This document shows, piece after piece, positions 48,511 through 56,952 of a DNA stretch of 64,000 nucleotides. Below the pieces are notes generated by a model that saw only the letters and a list, made by a program, of their open reading frames with translations, was not told where the DNA came from and did no database searches. Position numbers and translations under genes: made by a program. The DNA is from Candidatus Colicola equi (lineage in GTDB: Bacteria > Bacteroidota > Bacteroidia > Bacteroidales > Paludibacteraceae), in contig JAGHRV010000053.1 of NCBI GenBank assembly GCA_018066175.1, positions 5,592-69,591 on the forward strand, read 5' to 3'. The first letter of the stretch is position 1. Each line of letters begins with the position of its first letter.

Positions 48511-48769
48511 CCTCTTGCGAGGCAGAAAACAGTTTGTTCTCTGCCTCGCATCCTATATGCACGTATTATGCACCGTATATGCAAACACCTTGCACCTCAA
48601 AATGTACGATTATTAACTTTTCTATCTGCGCAGAAATCAAAAAGTAACTAAAAAGCGTCTAAAGTAGGCGACCACTTCGGGACCACATGCTGCTAAGGTA
48701 ACCCCCGCCTAAACCTACCAAAATCCTTGCTTTTTGTGGGCTTTATGTGGGGCTTAGTAGGGGCTTACA
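48511..48769 (-). repeat. mosaic intergenic repeat, copy B (inverted relative to copy A)
   Basis: The reverse complement aligns with 22071-22340 over ~260 bp, with a 12-nt indel and scattered substitutions. It lies sense-oriented in the 3' flank of pgi. Confidence 0.85.
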
Positions 48770-48792
48770 TTTATACTGGTGTGCTCTAAGCA

Positions 48793-50121
48793 CTATTTCA
48801 ATCTTGCTTTGATAGCTTTGCTTTCTTCTTCGTAGCCGGGTTTATCCAGCAGGGCAAACATGTTCTTTTTGTATGCCTCTACACCGGGTTGGTTGAAGGG
48901 GTTCACCTTTAGCATGTAACCGGATATACCGCAGCCGCGCTCAAAGAAGTAAATGAATTGACCGATGTTGTACTCATCTACTTTCTCAAAACTAATCTTG
49001 ATATTAGGAACACCACCATCTACGTGCGCCAGTTGAGTGCCTAACTCAGCCATCTTATTGACTTCATCTACGCGCTTGCCTGCCAAGAAATTCAGACCAT
49101 CTAAGTTCTGCTCATCTTTGGGGAAGATAACGGTTTTGTTGCTCTTCTCAATCGAGATAACGGTCTCAAAGATAGAACGTTCGCCGTCCTGAATCCATTG
49201 ACCCATAGAGTGCAGGTCGGTAGTCAAATCCACGCTGGCTGGGAAAATACCTTTATGGTCCTTACCTTCACTCTCGCCGTAGAGTTGTTTCCACCATTCT
49301 GCAAAATAGTGCACTTTGGGGTTGAAGTTAGCCATGATCTCTATTTTCTTGCCGAACTGATAGAGTGCATTACGCATAGCGGCATATTGGCATGCCGGGT
49401 TCTCGGCATAAGCCACATCCGTTCCTGTAGCTTTCTCCATGTCTTGTGCTCCACGAATGAGCGCCTTGATATCGTGTCCTGCGCAAGCGATAGGCAGCAG
49501 TCCCACAGGAGTGAGCACACTGAAGCGTCCTCCTACGTTATCAGGAATGACGAACGTCTTGTAACCTTCTATCTCGGCGGTCTTGCGTGCTGCACCTTTG
49601 GCCTTGTCCGTAATGCATACAATCAGGTCCTTAGCGGCAGCCTTGCCCACTTGCTTCTCTAACATGGTCTTTAATAGACGGAAAGCCAGAGCTGTCTCGG
49701 TGGTCGTGCCGGACTTAGATATATTGATGATGGCAAAAGTCTTGCCCGTCAGCAGTTCCATCAGGTCGGCCAAGTAGTCCTCACCGATATTATTGCCGGC
49801 ATACACCACGCGTGGGTTGTTGCCATTTAGACCAAAGGTATGGTCCAAAGCTTCGTTTACGGCACGGGGACCCAGATAACTGCCACCTATACCGGCTACA
49901 ACGATAATCTCTGCCTTGGCTCGTAATTGGTTGGCTACTGCTTGCACTTCATCCAGGAATGCTTCGGTGGTTTGGGAGGGTAGATGCACCCAGCCTAAGA
50001 AATCGTTTCCTGCACCTTGACCGTTTTCCAACAGTTCATTAGCGGCTGCCGTTTCGGCTGCCAAACGCTCCATAGTCCCTGCGGGCACAAATGAAGCAGC
50101 ATTTTTTAAACAAAGTTTCAT
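48793..50121 (-). CDS. pgi: glucose-6-phosphate isomerase
   Basis: 442 aa; blocks [38 protein letters not shown]. Confidence 0.95.
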   Translation of the reverse strand: MKLCLKNAASFVPAGTMERLAAETAAANELLENGQGAGNDFLGWVHLPSQTTEAFLDEVQAVANQLRAKAEIIVVAGIGGSYLGPRAVNEALDHTFGLNGNNPRVVYAGNNIGEDYLADLMELLTGKTFAIINISKSGTTTETALAFRLLKTMLEKQVGKAAAKDLIVCITDKAKGAARKTAEIEGYKTFVIPDNVGGRFSVLTPVGLLPIACAGHDIKALIRGAQDMEKATGTDVAYAENPACQYAAMRNALYQFGKKIEIMANFNPKVHYFAEWWKQLYGESEGKDHKGIFPASVDLTTDLHSMGQWIQDGERSIFETVISIEKSNKTVIFPKDEQNLDGLNFLAGKRVDEVNKMAELGTQLAHVDGGVPNIKISFEKVDEYNIGQFIYFFERGCGISGYMLKVNPFNQPGVEAYKKNMFALLDKPGYEEESKAIKARLK

Positions 50122-50132
50122 AATATAATGTT

Positions 50133-51119
50133 TTAACTTAAGTGCTGTGTTAGTTCTTGTATTACAATCGTGGGGGACTGGTGCTCGTATAGAATCTTAT
50201 ACATAGCATCTACGATAGGCAGATTGACGTGCATCGATTCATTAGCAATATGGATGCAGTTGGTGCCGTAATATCCTTCGGCTACCATCTCCATCTCCAT
50301 TTGTGCGGCTTTGACGGAATAGCCCATACCAATCATCTGACCGAACTGGCGATTGCGACTGAATTTACTATAGGACGTTACCAATACATCGCCTAAATAG
50401 CCACTGGCGTCTATGTCGCGTGGAGTAGGGATGACGGCTTGTGCAAAACGCTGAATCTCCTGAATGGCATTAGCAATCAATACCGATTGGAAGTTATCAC
50501 CATATCTGAGACTCTGACATAAACCGGCAGCAATGGCGTAGATATTCTTCATCACGCTGGAGTACTCCAGTCCTATCACATCCGAACTGACGCAGGTCTT
50601 GACGTAGGAGGTGCGTAATAGAGCACCTATCTGCTGAGCTTTTTCTAAATTGGAACAACCTATCGTGAGGTAACTCAGTCGCTCTAAAGCAATCTCTTCG
50701 GCGTGACACGGACCGGCTATGACGGCCAAGTTATCGGCAGGCATGTCAAACTTCTTAGCCAAGTAATCGGTTACGATCATATTCTCGTCCGGAATCATAC
50801 CTTTGACTGCCGTCACAATGGTCTTGTTACGCATGCTGCGACGAATCTTACTAGTCGTTTGCTTCACATATGGCGAAGGGATAGCCAAAATCATGACATC
50901 CGAATTGGCAACAATCTCGTTGATATCATTGGAGAAATGAATGCGGTTGATGTCGAACTTGGCATTACTCAAATAACCGGGGTTTTGTCCCATCTGAATA
51001 AAGGCATCTATGGCTTCCTGACGACGAATGTACCAGTTAATCTCCGGTTCATTCAGCATCACGATCTTAGCCAAAGCTGTGGCCCAACTTCCGCTTCCTA
51101 ATATAGCTACTTTGCTCAT
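50133..51119 (-). CDS. gpsA: NAD(P)H-dependent glycerol-3-phosphate dehydrogenase
   Basis: [17 protein letters not shown]...; 328 aa; overlaps the lysS stop by 4 nt. Confidence 0.93.
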   Translation of the reverse strand: MSKVAILGSGSWATALAKIVMLNEPEINWYIRRQEAIDAFIQMGQNPGYLSNAKFDINRIHFSNDINEIVANSDVMILAIPSPYVKQTTSKIRRSMRNKTIVTAVKGMIPDENMIVTDYLAKKFDMPADNLAVIAGPCHAEEIALERLSYLTIGCSNLEKAQQIGALLRTSYVKTCVSSDVIGLEYSSVMKNIYAIAAGLCQSLRYGDNFQSVLIANAIQEIQRFAQAVIPTPRDIDASGYLGDVLVTSYSKFSRNRQFGQMIGMGYSVKAAQMEMEMVAEGYYGTNCIHIANESMHVNLPIVDAMYKILYEHQSPTIVIQELTQHLS

Positions 51120-52675
51120 TGCTCCGGCTTCATGGTTGGGAATAACAATACTTCTTGGATGGTAGGTTGACCGGTCATCAGAATCGCTAGACGGTCAATA
51201 CCGATACCGATACCCGATGTAGGAGGCATGCCGTACTCCAAGGCACGCATGAAATCGTGGTCGATTACCATGGCCTCGTCATCACCTTTCTTAGCCAGGT
51301 TCATCTGATCAACAAAGCGGTTATATTGGTCAATCGGGTCATTCAACTCGCTATAGGCATTGGCTAATTCTTTGCCGTTCACCATCAACTCAAAACGTTC
51401 GGTTAGACCGGGTTTAGAGCGGTGCATCTTAGTCAGAGGCGACATCTCAACGGGGTAGTCCGTGATGAAAGTGGGCTGAATGAAAGTGCCTTCGCAGGTC
51501 TCACCAAAAATTTCATCAATCAACTTACCTTTACCCATCTTGCCGGTATCTTCCACACCTAATTTCTTGGCGATAGGACGAATCTCTTCTTCGGTCATCT
51601 CACCTAAGTCGTAGCCCGTCTTTTCCTTGATGGCCTCTAAAATAGGCAAACGACGATAGGGCGCTTTGAAGTCCACTTCGTGGTCACCAATCTGCACCTT
51701 AGTTGTGCCATTTACCGCAATAGCGATACGCTCTAATAACTGCTCCGTAAACGACATCATCCAGTTATAGTCCTTGTATTGAACGTACAGTTCCATGCAG
51801 GTGAACTCAGGGTTATGGCTGCGGTCCATACCTTCGTTACGGAAGTTACGACCAATCTCATATACACCTTCAAAACCGCCTACTATCAGTCGTTTCAGAT
51901 ACAGTTCGGTGGCGATACGCAGGTACATATCTACATCCAATGTGTTATGATGGGTGATGAAGGGACGGGCGCTGGCTCCTCCTGCTATCTGTTGCAGGAT
52001 AGGTGTCTCAACCTCCGTATAACCGGCCTCGTCAAACACTTGACGCATGGTGCGCAGAATAGTGGCACGCTTGAGGAATGTATCTTTTACGCCTTCGTTC
52101 ACAATCAGATCCACGTAACGCTGACGATAACGTTGCTCAGGGTCATTAAATCCGTCGTAAGCCACGCCGTCTTTGTATTTAACGATAGGCAATGGACGCA
52201 GACTCTTGCTCAGAACGGTCAGTTTCTTGGCATGCACGCTAATCTCACCCATCTGGGTGCGGAATACAAAACCTTCAATTCCGATAAAATCTCCGATGTC
52301 TAATAGTTTCTTAAACACCACGTTGTACATCTGTTGCTCTACGGTCAGGGGCTTGTTCTCGTTTGCGTTTTCGTTTTCGTCAACGCTTTCCTGTATATCG
52401 TCCCTGCTCACGTAACATTGAATACGTCCTTTGCTATCTTGCACCTCGATGAAGGAGGCTTTACCCATGATGCGTTTAGACATCAATCGGCCGGCTATAC
52501 GCACGGGTTTACCTGTGTACCATGCAGCTTGTTGGTTCTCGTCCTCAAAGGTATTCTTGATATCGGTCGAATAACCTGTTACTACATATTCATCAGCGGG
52601 GTAGGGATTGATTCCCATTTCGCGCATTGTTTGCAGACTTTGTCTGCGTACTTGTTCTTGCTCTGAAAGTTCCAT
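51116..52675 (-). CDS. lysS: lysine--tRNA ligase (class II)
   Basis: 519 aa; OB-fold N-domain; class II motifs (FRNEG..., GIGIDRL). Confidence 0.94.
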   Translation of the reverse strand: MELSEQEQVRRQSLQTMREMGINPYPADEYVVTGYSTDIKNTFEDENQQAAWYTGKPVRIAGRLMSKRIMGKASFIEVQDSKGRIQCYVSRDDIQESVDENENANENKPLTVEQQMYNVVFKKLLDIGDFIGIEGFVFRTQMGEISVHAKKLTVLSKSLRPLPIVKYKDGVAYDGFNDPEQRYRQRYVDLIVNEGVKDTFLKRATILRTMRQVFDEAGYTEVETPILQQIAGGASARPFITHHNTLDVDMYLRIATELYLKRLIVGGFEGVYEIGRNFRNEGMDRSHNPEFTCMELYVQYKDYNWMMSFTEQLLERIAIAVNGTTKVQIGDHEVDFKAPYRRLPILEAIKEKTGYDLGEMTEEEIRPIAKKLGVEDTGKMGKGKLIDEIFGETCEGTFIQPTFITDYPVEMSPLTKMHRSKPGLTERFELMVNGKELANAYSELNDPIDQYNRFVDQMNLAKKGDDEAMVIDHDFMRALEYGMPPTSGIGIGIDRLAILMTGQPTIQEVLLFPTMKPEQ

Positions 52676-52702
52676 ATCTATCCAAATTACTCAATTTGTC
52701 TG

Positions 52703-52710
52703 CAAAGGTA
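52703..52710 (-). promoter_or_regulatory. -7 box TACCTTTG (minus strand) of the lysS-gpsA-pgi operon
   Basis: Plus-strand caaaggta, 28 nt upstream of the ATG at 52675. The -33 TTTG(CAT) element lies at about 52731-52734. Confidence 0.65.
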
Positions 52711-52730
52711 CAAAATATTTTGCATGTATG

Positions 52731-52769
52731 CAAATAAAAATGGCAAATTCTTCATAAAGTTGCCATTTT
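52731..52769 (-). terminator. 10-bp perfect hairpin aaaatggcaa/ttgccatttt, probable terminator of mutY transcription (minus strand) and insulator before the lysS promoter
   Basis: On the minus strand the stem is followed by tttttattt. Confidence 0.55.
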
Positions 52770-52820
52770 AATCAACGTTAATTGTTTTTCTTTTCGGCTG
52801 CTTACAAACCCCGAATAGGT

Positions 52821-52930
52821 GCTTACTTTTTGATTTTTGCGCAGAATCTTCTTAATAATCGTACATTTTGAGGTGAAGGATGTTTCAGGTAAGGATCAGG
52901 CAAGGGTCAGGCAAGGATGCGAGACTAAAA
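52821..52930 (+). repeat. mosaic intergenic repeat, partial copy C
   Basis: It shares ttactttttgattt.tgcgcaga and ttaataatcgtacattttgaggtg.aagg.gttt with copies A/B. The central block is then replaced by aggtaaggatcaggcaagggtcaggcaaggatgcgag. Confidence 0.75.
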
Positions 52931-53069
52931 AATGCCCAAACCATTTCCCAAAAATCTTAATAATAGTAAACTTTTGTGATGTTCTCTTTTTTGTGAGCAA
53001 GACCTATGTCTACCTTATTTAGGAAAAGTCAAAGTGATTTTTTAGCGACAAAACCGTCAACTTCCGGAG

Positions 53070-54062
53070 CTAATGTGGCAAGAGTTGTTCTAAGGCACGG
53101 AGCGTCAGGCGACTAAAAGCATAGTCGTCTAAATCACCTAAACATACTGCACGAGTGTCAGGCAGAGTAGGCAATTGTGGCACTCGCTGTAACGTAAAAA
53201 TAGCATGTAATCGCTGGTGGCTAAGTTGATGCGTGAGCACAACACCATGCCTCTTACTCTCTTGCTCAAAACGAGACTCGTCCACTTCCTTCAAAGGAAA
53301 TTCCCATAAATGTCGCCATATATCATTCCCCTGCCGCTGATGGATAAGTGTTTGATTATCACTTAGATAAATCGTATAAATCAAGTATCGGTCACGAATC
53401 TTGGGACGAGGTTTGCGAACAGGCAGCAAATCAACCGTGTTATGCTGATAAGCCTCGCAGAAAATCTGCAATGGACAATGCTCACAATCCGGGTGTTGAG
53501 GCACGCAATATAACGCACCAAATTCCATAATCGCCGAATTAAACAAGCGTGGATGTTCACGGTCCAGCAATTCCTCCGCTACTCGGTGAAAATGCTTCTT
53601 GCCGGCACTGGTGTCAAACGCCATCTCGCAATCGGTGAGGCGTGCCAAAACACGATACACATTGCCGTCCAAAGCAGGATGGGGTAAGTTATATGCAAAA
53701 CTGGCAATCGCTCCGGCTGTATAATCTCCAATACCTGCCATCTGGCGTAATCCCTCATACGTGCGTGGCATCTCGCTCACCTGATGAGACGCCTTATAGA
53801 TATTGCGGGCACGCGAGTAATAGCCTAAGCCCTGCCATAAACGCAAAACCTCATCTTCCTGGGCTGCGGCTAAGGAGGATAAGTCAGGAAAACGTTCTAT
53901 GAACCGAAGGTAATAATCCATCCCCTGATCAACACGCGTCTGCTGCAAAATAATCTCCGAAATCCAAATACAATATGGATCCTCGGTCTCTCGCCATGGC
54001 AAAATGCGATGATGGCTCTCGTACCAACCGACTAATTGACTATAAAAATACTCCTTGTTCAT
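53070..54062 (-). CDS. mutY: A/G-specific adenine DNA glycosylase
   Basis: The 441-aa ORF is trimmed to the ATG at 54062 (MNKEYFYSQLVGWYESHHRILPWRETEDPYCIWISEIILQQTRV). The upstream 111 codons run through the promoter. Confidence 0.92.
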   Translation of the reverse strand: MNKEYFYSQLVGWYESHHRILPWRETEDPYCIWISEIILQQTRVDQGMDYYLRFIERFPDLSSLAAAQEDEVLRLWQGLGYYSRARNIYKASHQVSEMPRTYEGLRQMAGIGDYTAGAIASFAYNLPHPALDGNVYRVLARLTDCEMAFDTSAGKKHFHRVAEELLDREHPRLFNSAIMEFGALYCVPQHPDCEHCPLQIFCEAYQHNTVDLLPVRKPRPKIRDRYLIYTIYLSDNQTLIHQRQGNDIWRHLWEFPLKEVDESRFEQESKRHGVVLTHQLSHQRLHAIFTLQRVPQLPTLPDTRAVCLGDLDDYAFSRLTLRALEQLLPH

Positions 54063-54074
54063 TGAAATTTTGTG

Positions 54075-54082
54075 CAAAATTA
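54075..54082 (-). promoter_or_regulatory. -7 box TAATTTTG (minus strand) of mutY
   Basis: Plus-strand caaaatta, 13 nt upstream of the ATG at 54062 (very short leader). Confidence 0.6.
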
Positions 54083-54145
54083 CAAAAAAATATTGAAAAA
54101 ATGAATTTTTTTTGCAGAAAATTTGTGTGTATGCGAAATTTTCCG

Positions 54146-54153
54146 TACCTTTG
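54146..54153 (+). promoter_or_regulatory. -7 box TACCTTTG of the HU gene
   Basis: tacctttg, 45 nt upstream of the ATG at 54198. Confidence 0.6.
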
Positions 54154-54197
54154 CACCCTAATTCGTTAAAAAAGAGAAATAAAACACTATTGGTATT

Positions 54198-54473
54198 ATG
54201 ACAAAAGCAGATCTTGTTAATCAAATCGCATTTCAGACCGGTTACGACAAAAGTACCATCCTTAATATCGTAGAGGCTGGCATTTTGAACATAAAAAGAG
54301 CGGTTGCTATGGGGGATAATGTGTACCTTCGTGGATTTGGTAGTTTTATTAATAAAACACGTGCCGAGAAATATGCTCGTAATGTGTCGGCTCATAAGTC
54401 TATCTTAGTGCCGGAGCACAAGATTGCCGCTTTTAAAGCATCTAAACAATTTAACGAATTGTTGAACAAATAA
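54198..54473 (+). CDS. hup: HU-family DNA-binding protein
   Basis: MTKADLVNQIAFQTG...LRGFGSF... Confidence 0.92.
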   Translation: MTKADLVNQIAFQTGYDKSTILNIVEAGILNIKRAVAMGDNVYLRGFGSFINKTRAEKYARNVSAHKSILVPEHKIAAFKASKQFNELLNK

Positions 54474-54508
54474 GCAATAATTATTCACTCTATAAATTTT
54501 TACTATTA

Positions 54509-54598
54509 TGCCAAACGGAAAGAAGCATAAGAGACATAAGATGTCTACGCACAAACGTAAAAAACGTTTGCGTAAGAATCGTCATAAGCATAAGTAAA
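54509..54598 (+). CDS. 29-aa highly basic peptide, bS22-like small ribosomal protein candidate
   Basis: Hand translation: MPNGKKHKRHKMSTHKRKKRLRKNRHKHK, stop at 54596-54598. Too short for the ORF track. The pattern K/R-rich...MSxHKRKKRLRK resembles bS22 (AURKAIP1-like) peptides. Confidence 0.6.
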
Positions 54599-54693
54599 CC
54601 TTACGCTTGGCGATAAGTTAAACTGGCTTTGTGGCGTAAACTATCTTGGGCGCAAGGTGGCTGCTACAAGGCCTTATTTTATTTAATGAAAGT

Positions 54694-56253
54694 ATGAAAA
54701 GCGAACTGATTGTAGACGTACAACCGGAGGAGATTACCATCGCGCTTACCGAAGATAACCGACTACAGGAAATCAATCGGGAAAAAAGAGACCAAGATAA
54801 CTTCAGCGTAGGAAATATCTACTACGGACGAGTTAAAAAGGTGATGCCCGCGCTCAATGCAGTCTTCGTGGATGTAGGTCATGAAAAAGAAGCTTTTCTG
54901 CACTATCTGGATTTAGGTTCAGAGTTTCTAACACTACGTGAATACACAACCAAAGCGGTCAGCGACCGTCGCAAAGTACCTGCACTAACGGCCATCAAAC
55001 GGCAACCCGAAGTAGGCAAAGAAGGACAAATAGCTGATCTGCTCAAAGTGGGTGATTTACTGCTTACACAAGTGATCAAAGAACCCATCAATACCAAAGG
55101 TCCTCGGCTAACTGCCGAACTGAGTATTGCCGGTCGTAACATGGTCTTAATTCCCTATGCCGACAAGGTGATGGTAAGCAGCAAAATTAAGAAAGAAAGT
55201 GAACGCAGTCGCTTAAAACAACTAATCCAATCTATCAAACCACAAGGTTTTGGCGTCATCGTACGTACTTTAGCCGAAGATAAACGAGTGATGGAATTGG
55301 ATAATGAACTTAAACTGCTTGTTAAACGATGGGAAGAAACAATCCGTACCCTGCAACAACCTAAACAAAAAGGTGCTGTGGACGGCAAACATGATCCCGA
55401 CGTACGACTGATTACAGCGGAACTGGGACGAACAATAGGTATCATTCGTGATATGTTCACACCAGATTTCAATTCCATTCAAGTGAATGATGAGACTGTC
55501 TATAACGAAATCCGTCAGTACATCGAGTTGATCGCTCCCCAATCAGTCAAGATTATCCGCCACTACAAAGGCAAACAACCGATTTTTGATAAGTACGATA
55601 TCACCCGGCAAATGAAGACGGGACTCGGACGGACGGTTGGCTTTAAGAACGGTGGATACTTGGTAATTGATCGCACAGAAGCCCTCTTTGCTATCGATGT
55701 CAATTCCGGCAGTAAGAAACTCTACGATGACCAGGAAGAGAATGCCTTTCAGTACAACATGTTAGCCGCGGACGAAATCGTTCATCAACTCCGATTACGC
55801 GATATTGGCGGTATCATCATCATCGACTTTATCGATATGGATACTAAGGAGCATAACGACCAACTCTACGAACACATGCGTGAACTGATGGAGCATGACC
55901 GAGCTAAGCACAACGTGCTGCCACTCAGTAAATTTGGTTTGATGCAAATCACACGCCAACGCGTGCGCCCAGCGGTGGAAGTGGATGTGATGGAAGTGTG
56001 CCCAACTTGTATGGGAAAAGGTAAAATCCAACCTTCGTTGCTCTTTACCGACCAACTCGAAGAACAAATTGCACACGAAGTCCAAGAACATGGCAAGAAC
56101 CTTATTTTATATGTGCACCCGTATATATACGCGTACGCGTGTCGCGGATGGCTACATAGCTTGAAAAACCAGTGGCATCGCCGATATGGAATCCGCCTAA
56201 TGGAGGACCAAAACTTAGGAATGCTACAAACTCGGTTTAGTCAGAAAAGTTGA
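54694..56253 (+). CDS. rng: ribonuclease E/G family (RNase G-like)
   Basis: ORF trimmed to the ATG at 54694 (MKSELIVDVQPEEITIAL...). S1-like GNIYYGRVKKVMPALNAVFVDVG; catalytic block AIDVNSG...; CPTCMGKG. Confidence 0.9.
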   Translation: MKSELIVDVQPEEITIALTEDNRLQEINREKRDQDNFSVGNIYYGRVKKVMPALNAVFVDVGHEKEAFLHYLDLGSEFLTLREYTTKAVSDRRKVPALTAIKRQPEVGKEGQIADLLKVGDLLLTQVIKEPINTKGPRLTAELSIAGRNMVLIPYADKVMVSSKIKKESERSRLKQLIQSIKPQGFGVIVRTLAEDKRVMELDNELKLLVKRWEETIRTLQQPKQKGAVDGKHDPDVRLITAELGRTIGIIRDMFTPDFNSIQVNDETVYNEIRQYIELIAPQSVKIIRHYKGKQPIFDKYDITRQMKTGLGRTVGFKNGGYLVIDRTEALFAIDVNSGSKKLYDDQEENAFQYNMLAADEIVHQLRLRDIGGIIIIDFIDMDTKEHNDQLYEHMRELMEHDRAKHNVLPLSKFGLMQITRQRVRPAVEVDVMEVCPTCMGKGKIQPSLLFTDQLEEQIAHEVQEHGKNLILYVHPYIYAYACRGWLHSLKNQWHRRYGIRLMEDQNLGMLQTRFSQKS

Positions 56254-56259
56254 TAAGTG

Positions 56260-56278
56260 GGGCAGACTCAGTCTGCCC
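56260..56278 (+). terminator. 8-bp hairpin gggcagac tca gtctgccc after rng
   Basis: Read directly; only a weak T-tract follows. Confidence 0.4.
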
Positions 56279-56295
56279 TACTTTAGTAACGAACA

Positions 56296-56916
56296 ATGAA
56301 ACAACGTATCTATATATGTCTTTTACTCTGCTGCGCCATCGCTATCAAGGTGCATGCTAAGCCCTTGCCTCCTCCCATGGCTTGGGATAGTTTGCGGCAT
56401 GAAGTTAGGATAGGCTATGGAGACGCTTTATTCGAGAGTGCTACGCAGTATGAAGTGACACATATCGGTAAACCCAATGCATCCATCACTTACCTCACCG
56501 GACATATATTCGCAGAATACCAATACTCCTGGCGGTGGTGGCTGAGCACCGGAATGCAAGTGGATTTCAATGGAATGGGGTGGACTGACCTGCGCGATAG
56601 GACCAAGCACAACTATTATAATCTGAGTTTCTTACCTACGGTGCGCTTTACTTACTATCGTCATCCATGGGTGAACCTATATAGTTCAGCCTTTGTGGGA
56701 TTGACCATCAATGGCGGTTCCGAAACGGACCCTGTTCGACATAAACAAACCATCTGTTATCCGGGCTTCGGCATAACGACTATCGGAGTACAATTCGGTC
56801 ATAATGGCTTCTTCGGCACAGTCGAAATGGGAGGATTATGCGCCTTGCAAGGACGAAACGATATCGTCATGATCCTAAGCCGCATCTTTTCTGCGAGTGT
56901 CGGATATAAGTTCTGA
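56296..56916 (+). CDS. hypothetical secreted/outer-membrane beta-barrel-like protein (206 aa)
   Basis: Signal peptide MKQRIYICLLLCCAIAIKVHA; aromatic-rich alternating pattern; ends ...SVGYKF. Confidence 0.6.
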   Translation: MKQRIYICLLLCCAIAIKVHAKPLPPPMAWDSLRHEVRIGYGDALFESATQYEVTHIGKPNASITYLTGHIFAEYQYSWRWWLSTGMQVDFNGMGWTDLRDRTKHNYYNLSFLPTVRFTYYRHPWVNLYSSAFVGLTINGGSETDPVRHKQTICYPGFGITTIGVQFGHNGFFGTVEMGGLCALQGRNDIVMILSRIFSASVGYKF

Positions 56917-56924
56917 TGAGAACG

Positions 56925-56952
56925 TTGAGAATTATGAATTATGAATTATGAG
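56925..56952 (+). repeat. four tandem heptamers (ttgagaa ttatgaa ttatgaa ttatgag) ending in the start codon of the lipase gene
   Basis: Read directly. There are three ATGs 7 nt apart, one per frame; only the last (56948) is open. Confidence 0.85.

Noticed and set aside
22071-48769. Interpreting the inverted ~260-bp repeats as ends of a 26-kb composite transposon or invertible element
   Set aside because: There is no transposase or invertase inside and no target-site duplication that I could see. The interior contains ordinary housekeeping genes (DEAD-box helicase, RsmB/F-like, UvrD-like). It is kept only as a repeat/inversion-substrate observation.
48781-48793. 13-nt mini-hairpin gtgctcta(a/g)gcac found right after the stop codons of both pgi (48781-48793) and the GH13 gene (58245-58257)
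   Set aside because: A 12/13 match between two sites is expected many times by chance in 64 kb. The positional coincidence is intriguing, but two cases are insufficient.
53070-54395. Full 441-aa ORF as MutY; likewise the long N-terminal extensions of ORFs 29565-30632, 39500-40855, 40890-43169, 59649-61727, 61742-62206, 54646-56253, 45897-46913 and 47319-48278
   Set aside because: In each case a TAnnTTTG -7 box, a terminator hairpin or the upstream gene lies inside the extension. An internal ATG gives a canonical N-terminus or signal peptide, so starts were moved downstream.
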